From assembly GCA_035221665.1 (NCBI GenBank), contig CM069154.1, forward strand, positions 6,138,001 to 6,202,000: a DNA stretch of 64,000 nt, read 5' to 3'. The notes under the pieces were generated by a model. The model saw only the letters and a list, made by a program, of their open reading frames with translations. It did no database searches and had not been told where the DNA came from. Below are positions 51,501-64,000 of this stretch, piece by piece. Within the stretch, counting starts at the first letter, position 1. Every line of letters starts with the position of its first letter. The DNA comes from Okamejei kenojei (Eukaryota). The translations under genes were made by a program, and so were the position numbers.

Positions 51501-52520
51501 AGCACTCCTGCTTGCTATCTGGACCACACTTCGTCCCACCCTGCTTCCTGTAAGGACTCCATCCCCTACTCCCAATTCATCCGTCTACGCTGCAACTGCA
51601 CCCAGGATGAGGTGTTCCATACCAGGGCAACGGAGATATCCTCATTCTTCAGGGAACGGGGGTTTCCCTCTTCTACCATAGATGAGGCTCTCACCAGGGT
51701 CTCTTCTATACCCCGTGAATTTGCTCTCTCTCCGCATCCCCCCACTTGTAACAAGGGCAGAGTCCCCCTTGTCCTCACCTTCCACCCTACTAGTCCTCAC
51801 GTACAAAAAATATCCTCCGTCTTTTTCGCCAGATCCAATGTGACCCTACCGCATCTTCCCATCTCCTCCCCTGTCTGCTTCCTGCAGAGACCGCTCCCTC
51901 CGGAACTACTTGGTCGATTCATCCCTTCCTACCCGAACTTTCCCTTGCAACTGCAAAAAAAATGTTACACTTGTCGCTCTACGTCCTCCATTCAAGGACC
52001 CAAGCAGTCTTTCCAGGTGTGGCACAGGGTCACCTGCACCCCCTCCAACTTCATCTATTGCATCCGCTGCTCTAGATGTCAGCTGCTCTACATTGGAGAG
52101 ACCAAGCGTAGGCTTGGCGATTGCTTCCGTTAGCAATAACCAACCTGATCGCCCGGTGGCTCAGCACTTCAACGCCCCCACCCATTTCGAATCCTACCTT
52201 TCTATCCTGGGTCTCCTCCATGGCCAGAGTGAGGACCACCGTAAATTGGAGGAGCCGCACTTCGTATTTCGCTTGGGCAGTTTGCACCCCAGTGGTATGA
52301 ACATTGACATGTAATTTCAGGTAGTCCTTCCGGTTCCCCCCCCCCCCCCCCCCCTGTCAGCTCTCCCTCAGCCCCCTGGCTCCACCTCTTCCTTTCGTCT
52401 TCCCGCCCCCACCCTCACATCAGTCTGAAGAAGGGTTTCGGCCCGAAACGTTGCATATTTCCTTCGCTCCATGGATGCCGCCTCACCCGCTGAGCTTCTC
52501 CAGCATTTTTGTCTACCTCC
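51501..52520 (+). mobile_element. Penelope-like element (RT C-terminus, GIY-YIG endonuclease, hammerhead, tail), degenerate
   Basis: RVPLVLTFHP, IYCIRCSRCQLLYIGETKRRLGD and PVAQHFN motifs; ctgaagaagggtttcggcccgaaacgtt at ~52425. Confidence 0.85.
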
Positions 52521-53774
52521 TACTTGTCATGATAACATCTCCCATTTGCTACAAATCACACCGGAAAATAAGTACCCTGTATGTTAAACCTGTCAACTCC
52601 TTACATCGGGCAACCATAATCCCTTGTTCAGCTGCAAACGAAAAGCAGTGAAACTGACATTTGTTTCCTTGCTCCAACAGGTCATGAATATTCTTGTGAA
52701 AATTCGATAACATCCAATTACTCTGGAAGGTAAACCACTTTTTTTTCCAATTAAGTTACAATGTACTAATTGCTGGCGTTTTGATTGGGAATGCTTTATT
52801 TGGGAGAAGGTTGTGCCTTCCTTTCACCGGCAATAAATGTCGTGAGAGTATTGATCTGCATGCGCATTATTTTTTTTTCATTTTCAAAACGTGAATATAA
52901 TGACAATAGTGTTTCAAAGTTTGAATCAAATAGTTGAAGCAGGGAGGAGAGGGCAAAACTCCAATTAACCTCAGCTGATTTCAGTTGAAAATCCCCTGCT
53001 TCCGAACGCCATCTTCCTGTTTTGCCCATTGTCAACTGCAATGTGCCAAAACAAAAGTTCCAGTGGTTATATATTTGATCTGCCGGTCCACTTACAAAAT
53101 CATCAAGAGGGAATGATCCGGAAGTGTACACATTTTAGACGTTTCTACTCTTCTAAATGTCATATTTTATCCAACGTATCATTGTTTACATGAAGGGGCC
53201 CGACCCGAAACGTCAGCTATCAGTTTTCTCCATAGGTGCTGCCTGGCCCGCAGAGTTGCTCCTGCATTTTTTTGTCTATCAATATTTCCACCACTGTTCA
53301 ATGTTAACAGACTCTGAGCACAGAGATAACCGCCGCTCCATCCTTGGACACATCACACTTGACGAAGTGGTTGAAGCAGCTGCAATAACAACATGTAACG
53401 GGCACTTGGTCCATGGATAGGGAAGGTTTGGGGAGATATGGGTCGAATGTGGGCAAATGTGACCAACTTAGATGAGCATATTGGTCTCGCGCGTTGGGGA
53501 GAAGGGCCTGTTTCCGTGCTGTATGACTCTGTGATCACCTGACCCAAGCATTTGCGAAATATAACCCTGAACCTTTCACACTACAACGTGTCGAGCTGCT
53601 GATGGCTCTTTGTGTGGAGTTTGCATGTTCTCTCTGCGACAGTATTGTTATCCTCTGGATTCTCCAGTGTCCTCCCACATCCCAGAGCATGCTGGGTGGT
53701 AGGATAACTGCCAACTGTAACATGCAAGAGAATAGGTGAAGGGATGTAGGTTGGGGACAGATTAAGGACAAAGG

Positions 53775-54283
53775 ACATTTATTATCACATACACCAATTG
53801 GTGTATGTGATAATAATGTGATGTGTATGTGATCACTCTGGCAATCCCGTCGTGAGACCCCAGGCTCCGCGGTGTTTAAAGCACAGCACCGCACACCCGC
53901 GACTGGAAGCTCCACAGACCGCAGCTCCGCGATATTGCAGTTGGCGGTCCCAGCCCTCCGGAGCCCACCGCACGGCGACCCGGGCAAGGCATCGCCCGCT
54001 CTATAATCGCGCTCCAGCGCTGTGTACCGCCCCGATGCTGAAGTCCCAGCCGGTCCCGGCAGGAAACGCCGCTCCAGACCGCGAAGAAGGGGCGAAGATA
54101 CGGCCGGAGAAATGCCGCATCTCCGACCAGATAGGTACTGAGAAAATAGTTACCCCCTTCCCACCCCCCACATAAAAAGACGAAAAGCCCTCCAAAACAA
54201 ACACTTTTAACTAACTAAAAATTAAAAAAAGAGTGAAAAGACTAACAGCTGCTGGGAGGGCAGCCATACTCGACGGCGCCCCC
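53775..54283 (-). mobile_element. Short GC-rich non-LTR-like element with fold-back at its 3' end
   Basis: CpG-rich body. The minus-strand start is ggggcgccgtcgagtatggctgccc, and a polyA-signal-like TTTATT lies at the left end. Family not identified. Confidence 0.4.
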
Positions 54284-54336
54284 TACTGATCAATGGGATT
54301 GTTCCAAAAATCGATGGGCCTAAGGGTTTGGCAGGT

Positions 54337-57300
54337 AGCTACAGGGATGAAGCTTCCCCTTTTTTTAAGGTGCATCTGACAAAATTTGAGGTCAGTCTTT
54401 CATGAATGGGACAAGAAGAAGCCTCTTTACAAAGAATCCTCTGTTATCTTACCAGGAGGCCATGAAGGCTCAATCACAGTAAAGATCTATATTTTCATAC
54501 AAAATTATAGGAAGCAAGGGATATGGAACATAGGGTGGAATCAGTTCACAAATCCCTTAGCCAAAGGGCCACATGGTGTCAACTACCCTCTGTGTCAATT
54601 CTCTGTGTGAAAAATGGAATCCATTGAGTGGTGGAGTAAATACAAAGGGCCAAATGATCTACTGAAGAGAGACACAAAGTGTTGGAGTAATTTAGTGGGT
54701 CAGGCAGCATCTCTGGAGATAAAGGATAGGTGACATCTTAGGTCGGGACCTTTCTTCAGACTATATTCTTGCTTTATGTTCTCTTCAAACTATGAGCACT
54801 GCATGGTATGATTTTTGTCACGGCGCTGTTATCTTAGTTGAATGTTGTTTGAAACAATAAAGGAAGTTCTATTAGATGCTCTGGTTTGTTGGCAGCTTTT
54901 TCTCCATTAACCTGCGGCACAGTGGCGCAGCTGGAAGAGCTGCTGCCTCACATCGCCAGACACCCGGGCTCCATAAATCTCTCAGCTGCTATGTCAGACA
55001 TGATTTCACTCTCATAAATGCAGCATGACCCTGTCACAATTGCTTGCTAAGATCACATTAACATTTCCTTGAAAAAAAATACGGAAGAGAGATGATGAAA
55101 TAATCTATTTTGGATTTTCCCATGCGGAGTGTCTCACTTCCCTGTATTTCTTTCTGAGAAAATATATTGAAGGCATTCAAAACACGTCTCCTCCCAGAGG
55201 TCCTTCCTAATTGAATTTGCCTAACCTAATGTGTATTGAACTCGGGCACAATCATTTGATGACCACTATTAATTCTTTACTGATTGTGTGTCCAATCGTA
55301 CACCTACTGTACCAGCGTCAAGACACAACTCCATGCGATGCTTTCAAGTTGTTAGTAATTCTTTTCACCACACAGGCTGTCTTTTACGGCAGCAATCTGT
55401 CTTGAAATAGATTAAAGTGAGATATAATTATTTCATTATCTTCTTTGTCCTTTATTAACACAGTGTCCGATTGTATACCAACCTCCCTTCCATTGACTCC
55501 ATCTACACTACACGCTGCCTTGGCAAGGTCACCAGCAAAATCAGGGATGAGTCACACCCTGGACATTCCTTCTTCTCCCCTCTCCCATCAGGCAAGAGGT
55601 AAAGAAATGTGAAAATGCATACCTCCAGATTCAGGTCAGTTTCTTCCCAGCTGTTATCAGGAAATCCTCTCTCTGACTAGATAGCAGTGCTAACCTCCCA
55701 TCTACGTCATTGGACACCGTCAGGCTATCTTTACCCTGACTATACTGGACTTTATCTTGCATTAGATGTTATTCACGTTATCCTGTATCCGTACACTGTG
55801 GATGTCTGATTGCAATCATGCATAGATGGACAAAAATGCTGTAGAAACTCAGCGGGCGAGGCAATAACTATGGAGCGAAGGAATAGGTGACCTTGGCTCT
55901 CGACCCGAAACGTCGCCTATTCCTTCGCTCCATAGATGCTGCCTCACCTGCTGAGCTTCTCCAGCATTTTTGTCTTCCTTCAATTTTTCCAACATCTGCA
56001 GTTCTTTCTTAAACAGTAATCATGCATAGTCTGCCTGCTGACTGGAGAGCATGCAACAAAAGGCTTCTCACTGTACCTCGGTGCACGTAACGATAAACTA
56101 AACTAAACTAAAGTTTTCAACCGGACTGTGAATGACATCCTGGCCAAAGATTTTGTGAACTGAGCACGAAGGGATTTTTAAAAACTTACAATGTTGTTGA
56201 GGTTTAGACGGAAATCCAATGCCCTTCCCAACCAGTAAGGCTTGCTGGGGAAATCTAACTTTTGGCAATTGTGGGTCAGGTTTGTACTGGGTTATATAGC
56301 TGGTTGCGAGAATCAAACTTGGGATGAAGCAAAACCCATCAGGAACAGTGGCACAGTACCAGAGACCTGGATTCGATCCTGACTTCAGGCGCTGCCTGGG
56401 TGGAGTTTGCACATTCTCCCTGCGACCACATGGGATGTCGCCGGGTGCTCTGGTTTCCTCCTACATCCCAAATATGTACAGGTTTGTAGGTTCATTCGCA
56501 TCTGTAAATTTCCCCCAGTGTGTAGGATGTGAATATGGGATAACATTGAACTACAATGCTGTGGAATTGGTTGGCCCGAAGGAACTGTGTCCATGCTGTA
56601 TCTCTAAACAAAACTAAATCGCCCACAAGCTCCTGATATGAAAAGAGACGTGCCCTGAGATCAAAGTCCCAGCCAGGATTACATCCATCACAGTTCAGAA
56701 CAAATCCCGCCAACATCAGCATGTCTTGCCCACCACAAGTAGCCTGCCAATGAGCCATTCCTAGTCCAAGGGTTATCAGAGAGGTGGGTGTGGGTCTATG
56801 CTACCTTTCCTGAAGACCACTATAGCCAACATGCAGCATAGACACAGTGGTCCTCTCTCAACTACAGAACGAGCTGATTCCACAGGTGTGTCCAGAGTTG
56901 GCACGATCCCTTCTGACTTTGATCAGTTATCTGGACCTCGTAAGTTCATAGGTCATGGGAGTAGCATGGAGTCATAGCGTAACTACATTCTATCATATGA
57001 TGAACATTCACTATAGATTCATGCAATTAATTATAGCCAGTGGGAACTTCTAGCCATTTGTCAGCAATTGGCTCACTCTTGTTTCGCAACCAGGTTTCCT
57101 GTTGCTTTATTCATCATTTATATTGTAACATTTCTTCTCGATGGGCATTTATTTAGTTATCTGGACAAAGAGCTAAACGATAAACGTCCCAGCTACAGGG
57201 ATGAAGCTTCCCCCTTTTTTAAGGTGCATCTGACAAAATTTGAGGTCAGTCTTTCATGAATGGGACAAGAAGAAGCTTATTTACAAAGAATCCTCTGTTA

Positions 57301-59993
57301 TCTTACCAGGAGGCCATGAAGGCTCAATCACAGTAAAGATCTATATTTTCATACAAAATTATAGGAAGCAAGGGATATGGAATCAGTTCACAAAACTGGT
57401 GCTGTGTCAATTATGATGCCATTGAGTGGTGGAGTAAATACAAAGGGCCAAATGATCTACTGAAGAGAGACACAAAGTGTTGGAGTAATTTAGTGGGTCA
57501 GGCAGCATCTCTGGAGATAAAGGATAGGTGACATCTTAGGTCGGGACCTTTCTTCAGACTATATTCTTGCTTTATGTTCTCTTCAAACTATGAGCACTGC
57601 ATGGTATGATTTTTGTCACGGCGCTGTTATCTTAGTTGAATGTTGTTTGAAATAATAAAGGAAGTTCTATTAGATGCTCTGGTTTGTTGGCAGCTTTTTC
57701 TCCATTAACCTGCGGCACAGTGGCGCAGCTGGAAGAGCTGCTGCCTCACATCGCCAGACACCCGGGCTCCATAAATCTCTCAGCTGCTATGTCAGACATG
57801 ATTTCACTCTCATAAATGCAGCATGACCCTGTCGCAATTGCTTGCTAAGATCACATTAACTTTTCCTTGAAATAAAAAAAGCGGAAGAGAGATGATGAAA
57901 TAATCTATTTTGGATTTTCCCATGCGGAGTGTCTCACTTCCCTGTATTTCTTTCTGAGAAAATATATTGAAGGCATTCAAAACACGTCTCCTCCCAGACG
58001 TCCTTGCTAATTGAATTTGCCTAACCTAATGTGTATTGAACTCAGGCACAATCATTTGATGACCACTATTAATTCTTTACTGATTGTTTATCCAATCGTA
58101 CACCTACTGTACCAGCGTCAAGACACAACTCCATGCGATGCTTTCAAGTTGTTAGTAATTCTTTTCACCACACAGGCTGTCTTTTACGGCAACAATCTGT
58201 CTTGAAATAGATTAAAGTGAGATATAATTATTTCATTATCTTCTTTGTCCTATATTAACACAGTGTCCGATTGTATTCCAACCTCCCTTCCATTGACTCC
58301 ATCTACACTACACGCTGCCTTGGCAAGGTCACCAGCAAAATCAGGGATGAGTCACACCCTGGACATCCCTTTTTCTCCCCTCTCCCATCAGGCAAGAGGT
58401 ACAGAAATGTGAAAATGCATACCTCCAGATTCAGGTCAGTTTCTTCCCAGCTGTTATCAGGAAATCCTCTCTCTGACTAGATAGCAGTCCTAACCTCCCA
58501 TCTATGTCATTGGAGACCGTCAGGCTATCTTTACCCTGACTATACTGGACTTTATCTTGCATTAGATGTTATTCACGTTATCCTGTATCCGTACACTGTG
58601 GATGTCTGATTGCAATCATGCATAGGTGGACAAAAATGCTGTAGAAACTCAGCGGGCGAGGCAATAACTATGGAGCGAAGGAATAGGTGACCTTGGCTCT
58701 CGACCCGAAACGTCGCCTATTCCTTCGCTCCACAGATGCTGCCTCACCTGCTGAGCTTCTCCAGCATTTTTGTCTACCTTCGATTTTTCCAACATCTGCA
58801 GTTCATTCTTCAACAGTAATCATGCATAGTCTGTCTGCTGACTGGAGAGCATGCAACAAAAAGCTTCTCACTGTACCTCGGTGCAGGTAACGATAAACTA
58901 AACTAAACTAAAGTTTCCAACCGGACTGTGAATGACATCCTGGCCAAAGATTTTGTGAACTGAGCACGAAGGGATTTTTAAAAACTTGCAATGTTGTTGA
59001 GGTTTATTCGGAAATCCAATCCCCTTCCCAACCAGTAAGTCTTGCTGGGGAAATCTAACTTTTGGCAATTGTGGGTCAGGTTTGTACTGGGTTACTTAGC
59101 TGGTTGCGAGAATCAAACTTGGGATGAAGCAAAACCCATCAGGAACAGTGGCACAGCACCAGAGACCTGGATTCGATCCTGACTTCAGGCGCTGCCTGGG
59201 TGGAGTTTGCACATTCTCCCTGCGACCACATGGGATGTCGCCGGGTGCTCTGGTTTCCTCCTACATCCCAAATATGTACAGGTTTGTAGGTTCATTCGCA
59301 TCTGTAAATTTCCGCCAGTGTGTAGGATGTGAATATGGGATAACATAGAACTACAGTGGTGTGGAATTGGTTGGCCCGAAGGAACTGTGTCCATGCTGTA
59401 TCTCTAAACAAAACTAAATCGCCCACAAGCTCCAGACATGAAAAGAGACCTGCCCTGAGATCAAAGTCCCAGACAGGATCACATCCATCACAGTTCAGAA
59501 CAAATCCCGCCAACATCAGCATGTCTTGCCCACCACAAGTAGCCTGCCACTGAGCCATTCCTAGTCCAAGGGTTATCAGAGAGGTGGGTGTGGGTCTATG
59601 CTACCTTTCCTGAAGACCACTGTAGCCAACATGCAGCATAGACACAGTGGTCCTCTCTCAACTACAGAACGAGCTGATTCCACAGGTGTGTCCAGAGTTG
59701 GCACGATCCCTTCTGACTTTGACCAGTTATCTGGACCTCGTAAGTTCATAAGTCATGGGAGTCGCTTGGAGTCATAGCGTAACTACATTCTATCATATGA
59801 TGAACATTCAATATAGATTCATGCAACTATTTATAGCCTGTGGGAACTTCTAGTCATTTGTCAGCAATTGGCTCACTCGTGTTTCACAACCAGGTTTCCT
59901 GTTGCTTTATTCATCATTTATATTGTAACATTTCTTCTCGATGGGCATTTATTTAGTTATCTGGACAAAGAGCTGAACGATAAACATCCCAGC
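54337..59993 (+). repeat. Direct tandem duplication, units 54337-57190 and 57191-59993
   Basis: Near-identical ~2.8-kb units (duplicated ORF pairs 55211/58011, 56324/59124, 56385/59185). AGC microhomology at the junction. Confidence 0.95.
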
Positions 59994-60014
59994 ATGAGGT
60001 CGGCATCTAAAACG

Positions 60015-60051
60015 ATGTTGGTGCCAATTCTTCTCATTTGTTTCTTGCCCT
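60015..60051 (+). CDS. Gene 4 leader exon (rest of gene not seen in window)
   Basis: MLVPILLICFLP, 37 nt, donor T|GTGAGT. The 5' UTR motif gacaaagagctgaacga is shared with genes 2 and 3. Confidence 0.78.
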
Positions 60052-60252
60052 GTGAGTAACATTCAGAATTGGACATTCTGATAATTAGTATTAATTTGCG
60101 TGTTATACATTGTTGCCACTGCAGAGATGCAGTGTTATTAATGTTTAATGTTTTATGTATCATTCCTAACTGTCACTGTATGTCAAGTTGTCACTTGCGG
60201 GCGGAGCACCAAGGCTAATTCCTTGTATGTGAATACTTGGCCAATAAACTAT

Positions 60253-60288
60253 TTCATTCATTCATTCATTGATTCATTCATTCATTCA
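60253..60288. repeat. (ATTC)n microsatellite at a retroelement tail
   Basis: Direct reading; preceded by AATAAA. Confidence 0.85.
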
Positions 60289-61578
60289 GATGGTCAAAAA
60301 TGTGTAGATACGTAAAGCTGCAAAATGTTCAGCACATAATAATATGACCAGTATTGGAATATAGTCACGTAAACACCCTCTCTCTGTAACATGGTACTAC
60401 ACAATGTATCCAGTGTGTACATCAAATAGCCCTTGCTTTCCCTCTGTTTCCATCACCTCCTCTTTCCCAGTTCTCCCACCAGTCCTACTGTCTCTGACTA
60501 CATTCTATCTCTGTCCTGCCCATTCCACTGACATCAGTCTGAAGAAGGGTCTCGACCCAAAATGCCACCCGTTCCTTCTCTCCAGAGATGCTGCCTGGCC
60601 CGCTGAGTTACTCCAGCATTAGTGTCTACCAGCGGCATGATTGTTGATTTCTCTAACTGCAAGGAACCGTTGCATTCCCTCTCTCTCCGTCCCTCCCCCA
60701 CCCTAGCCTTATTGCTAATTTCACTTTTTTTTATTCCTTCATTATCACCTCATCCCCAGCCAACAATGGACCATTGTGGACTCCACCAATCCTGAGTCAT
60801 CGATGCAGGCTCTGCATTGTTCTGTACTTTCCCATACCTCTAGTTTCCCCCTCCCTGATTCACAATCTGATGAAAGGTCTCGCCCCAAAATGTCTCCTAT
60901 TCAAATTTCTCCAGAGATGTTGCCTGACCCGCTGAGTTACTCCAGCATGTTGTGCCTATCCGAGACCATGATTGATTGTGAAATAAACAAAATCGGAGTT
61001 TATTTTTAGAAAGTTCATCTAAGTAATAGCTTCAAAGTGTAGATGCACCCATTCCATTTTGTAAACACTTTAACAGTTTCCTAGTTCTTATTAAAATCTG
61101 TTGTGGTATAACATTGTCTCCACATAGGTTCTCTCCAAATTATACTATACTGATGATTTAATATACAATGTATGAAAAATAAAATGGCTCCGGATCATGG
61201 ATAAAGAAATATAATTAGGAACTTGACTGCTTCGAAAGCATTCTCGACATTAGTAATCATTTTTTATTTTACCATACTCGCCTAATCGTGATTTGGTCTA
61301 CTGCCCCCGTCTGTCCTTTTTGGTGAAATGGAACTTCTACCAATGTCACTGATTGTCAAAGCCATAATTTATGGTCTTGAACTCAATGTCTTTCTGGGCC
61401 AGGGTAAGGGATGATGGGAGGAAGATAACGAGGAGAGGGATTTGAGACAAGAGGCCAGTGCGTGGTTGGGGTAAAAGACAAGAGATAAACAAGGTTCAAG
61501 TAAAATAGATGAAGATATCTGGGTGGTGAGTAGACTCACCGTGCAAGAGTACCTCCAACACTACCGCACTCTCTCTGT

Positions 61579-61893
61579 GGGCAGCACGGTGGCATAGGGG
61601 TAGAGATGCTGCCTCACAGCTCCAGACACCCAGGTTCGATCCTGACTACGGGTGCTGTCTGAACGGAGTTCGTACGTTCTCCCTGTGACCATGTGTTTTT
61701 TCCCCGCGTGCTCCTATTTCCTCCCACACTCCAAAGACGTGCAGGTTTGTAGGTTAATTTACTTCACTAAAAACATACGTTGCCCTTAGTATGTGTGGTG
61801 GGATAGTGCTCGTGTACGAGATCACTAGCTAGAGTAGTCTTGGTGGGCAGAAGATCCTGTTTCCACACTGTATCTTGAAAGTAAAGTATAAAG
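61579..61893 (+). mobile_element. HE1/V-SINE-like SINE, near full length
   Basis: A-box TGGCATAGGGG, B-box GGTTCGATCC, V-domain, LINE-like 3' end with an (aaagt)n tail. Confidence 0.8.
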
Positions 61894-63499
61894 TCAGTTC
61901 TTCAAGGCAGTGGAAGGTGACCCAGGGATTCATCCTAGATCTCTGGAGCGGAACGTAACCCTAGAATGTACTGACCTGGCTGGGGGTAGTACAGACATGA
62001 CTGGTCCAACAATGGCAATGACTGCACTTCAGACTAAAATCATTGGGGAAAACGGCTGAAAAGGCCCATGCATGGAGAGGGAGCGCAAATTGGTGGCTGA
62101 CCAAGGAGGCTTCCATAAACAAGGTATACAAAGAGTCACTATGTATATGGCACCGACTTACAAACTATTCATTACATCCCTATTGGTCCCCCTTTGTTCT
62201 CGTCTCCCCCACCCACCCCCCCCCCCCCACCCCCACTCCATGACCCCCTTTTGTTAACACACCCCCACCCCACGCCAGGTCTGCTATGTTCTCAGCAGCC
62301 CCCTACCTGGACCAGTGCTGTGTGTTGCCCCATCTTTGTGCCATAGTTGCATTGAAGGTTTCTCTGCTGTAATCGACAAATCTACTTACTTTGAAGAAGG
62401 GACTCGACCTGAAACGTCACACATCCCTTCTCTCCAGAGATGCTGCCTGACCCACTAAGTTATTCCATAACTTTGTCTCCTTAGTTTGCAAACCAGCTTC
62501 TGCAGTTCCTCATTTTTCCTTCCTTGTTCCCAATGATCAGCAATTGCCATTAAATTACTGAATCTGGGTCAGCTATGCAAATAGCAGCCATTTTGCTCAA
62601 TGCATTGAACGATGCAGTCTCCTTCCTCACACCCATCCCCAACATAGACTGAGAGGAGTTATGTTACAGTGCAAACATCTTCTCTCTACAACTCAAGGTT
62701 GTGGGTTCAAATCTCATCACAGCACCTGAGCAAGTAACCCACCTGAACACTTGAGTGCAGAATGAGTGAGCGTGTCGATCTACAAGGCACCTCCAGCATC
62801 GCAGGAGACACAGAAAAAAAGGAAACACAAGTTAGAGATGGCAAATATTGCATATTGAAGATGATGAATGTGTACTTGCGCAGAGAATGTTTCTGCTTCC
62901 AAGAAAAGCCACGCTGAGATCATGTTGAATATTGAGATTAATAAGACACAATAAAGCTTTTTTTTCTCTTCACTTGTGATAATTTTTGACGAGAGTCAAG
63001 GGCGTTTTATTGTCATATATCCGGTAATAGAACAATAACATTCTTGCTTGTAGCAGTAAAACAGGTTTGTAACCACAGTTTCAGAGTCCGTTTCAGTTTA
63101 GTTTATTGTCACGTGTACTGAGGTACAGTGAAAAGGTTTTGATGTGTGCTCATCAGTCAGCAGAAAGACAGTACATGCTTTCAATTGAGCCATTACAGTG
63201 TATAGATACATGATAAGGGTATAACATTTAGTGCTAGGTTAAGCCAGCAAGTGCTCAATGGATAATATAACAAACAAGTTCAACAAATAAATATAATAGT
63301 GCCTATTGGGATCCATATTCAAACCACTCCTAAAGCCCTGGGTTATCAGCTGCATAGCAGGGTGAGCTGTGAAGAGGATATAGAGAGACATTGTGGAATG
63401 CAGTTTGGTTATGTGATGCACGAGGATGTGGGACAACAGGTGAAGAAAGCAGAAATGCTGAACGGTTTTATAAACGACAAGAGATTGAAATGTCTTCAT

Positions 63500-63890
63500 G
63501 TTTAGTTTAGAGATACAGCGTGGAAACAGGCCCTTCGGCCCACCGAGTCTGCACCACCAGCAATTAACTCTACCCTACACACACTGGGGACAATTTACAA
63601 TGTTACCAAGCCAAATATCCTGCACCTGTATGTCGTTGGGTAAAGGAGCAAACCGGAGATCTCAAAGCAAATCCACGTGGTCACGGGGAGAATGTACATA
63701 CTCTATACAGACAGCACCTGTAGTAGGGATCAAAGGTAGACAAAAGTGCTGGAGAATCTCTTCAATCTCAGTGGGTGCAGCAGCATCTATGGAGCGAAGG
63801 AAATAGGCAACGTTTCGGGCCGAAACCCTTCTTCAGACCTGGGTCTCTGGCGCTGTAAGGCAGTAACTCCACCGCTGCGCCTCCGTGCTG
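63500..63890 (-). mobile_element. HE1/V-SINE-like SINE interrupted by a hammerhead mini-element (~63735-63838)
   Basis: The SINE head is split by ggtagacaaaagtgctggag...ccttcttcagac. Confidence 0.7.
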
Positions 63891-64000
63891 TCGAGCAGAA
63901 GGGCACAGATATCCCTGTACATGAATCATTGAAAGTTGACCAATTGTGCAGATATTAGGAAGGCAAACAGCAAGTTGGAAATTCTTGCAAGAAATTTGAG

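Noticed and set aside
55211-59558. Pairs of near-identical small ORFs as a gene family
   Set aside because: They are by-products of the tandem duplication, largely over SINE and other repeat sequence.
61579-61650. tRNA gene
   Set aside because: The A/B boxes belong to a SINE head that continues into the V-SINE core and tail.

Overview
Eukaryotic, repeat-rich vertebrate DNA, most likely from a cartilaginous fish (skate/ray type). This is inferred from HE1/V-SINE-like SINEs, CR1 LINEs with (CTATGTTT)n tails, and the receptor family present. The window holds a + strand tandem cluster of CD300/pIgR/TREM-like Ig receptor genes resembling skate 'modular domain immune-type receptors' (leader, V-set, cysteine-rich C2-like domain, Ser/Thr stalk, TM, tail). 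Gene 1 is a disrupted copy with an activating-type TM (Lys/Arg). Gene 2 is an intact 7-exon copy (335 aa) with an uncharged TM and out-of-frame tyrosine-motif remnants behind its stop. Gene 3 is a leader+V pseudogene, and gene 4 shows only its leader exon behind a 2.8-kb tandem duplication. The introns are filled with nested retroelements: three long L1 copies (one full-length inside another, both with TSDs), many CR1s, a gag-less DIRS1 tyrosine-recombinase element with intact ITR/ICR ends, and Penelope-like elements. Also present are many very short hammerhead-ribozyme-bearing Penelope-tail insertions, a non-autonomous Helitron and a non-autonomous hAT element. The most novel-looking signals are a conserved hydrophobic third ORF between L1 ORF1 and ORF2, the paired activating/inhibitory receptor arrangement with V-region homogenisation, and the minimal hammerhead mini-elements. 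Caveat: frequent 1-bp homopolymer indels suggest some frameshifts may be sequencing errors. All exon calls were made by eye.
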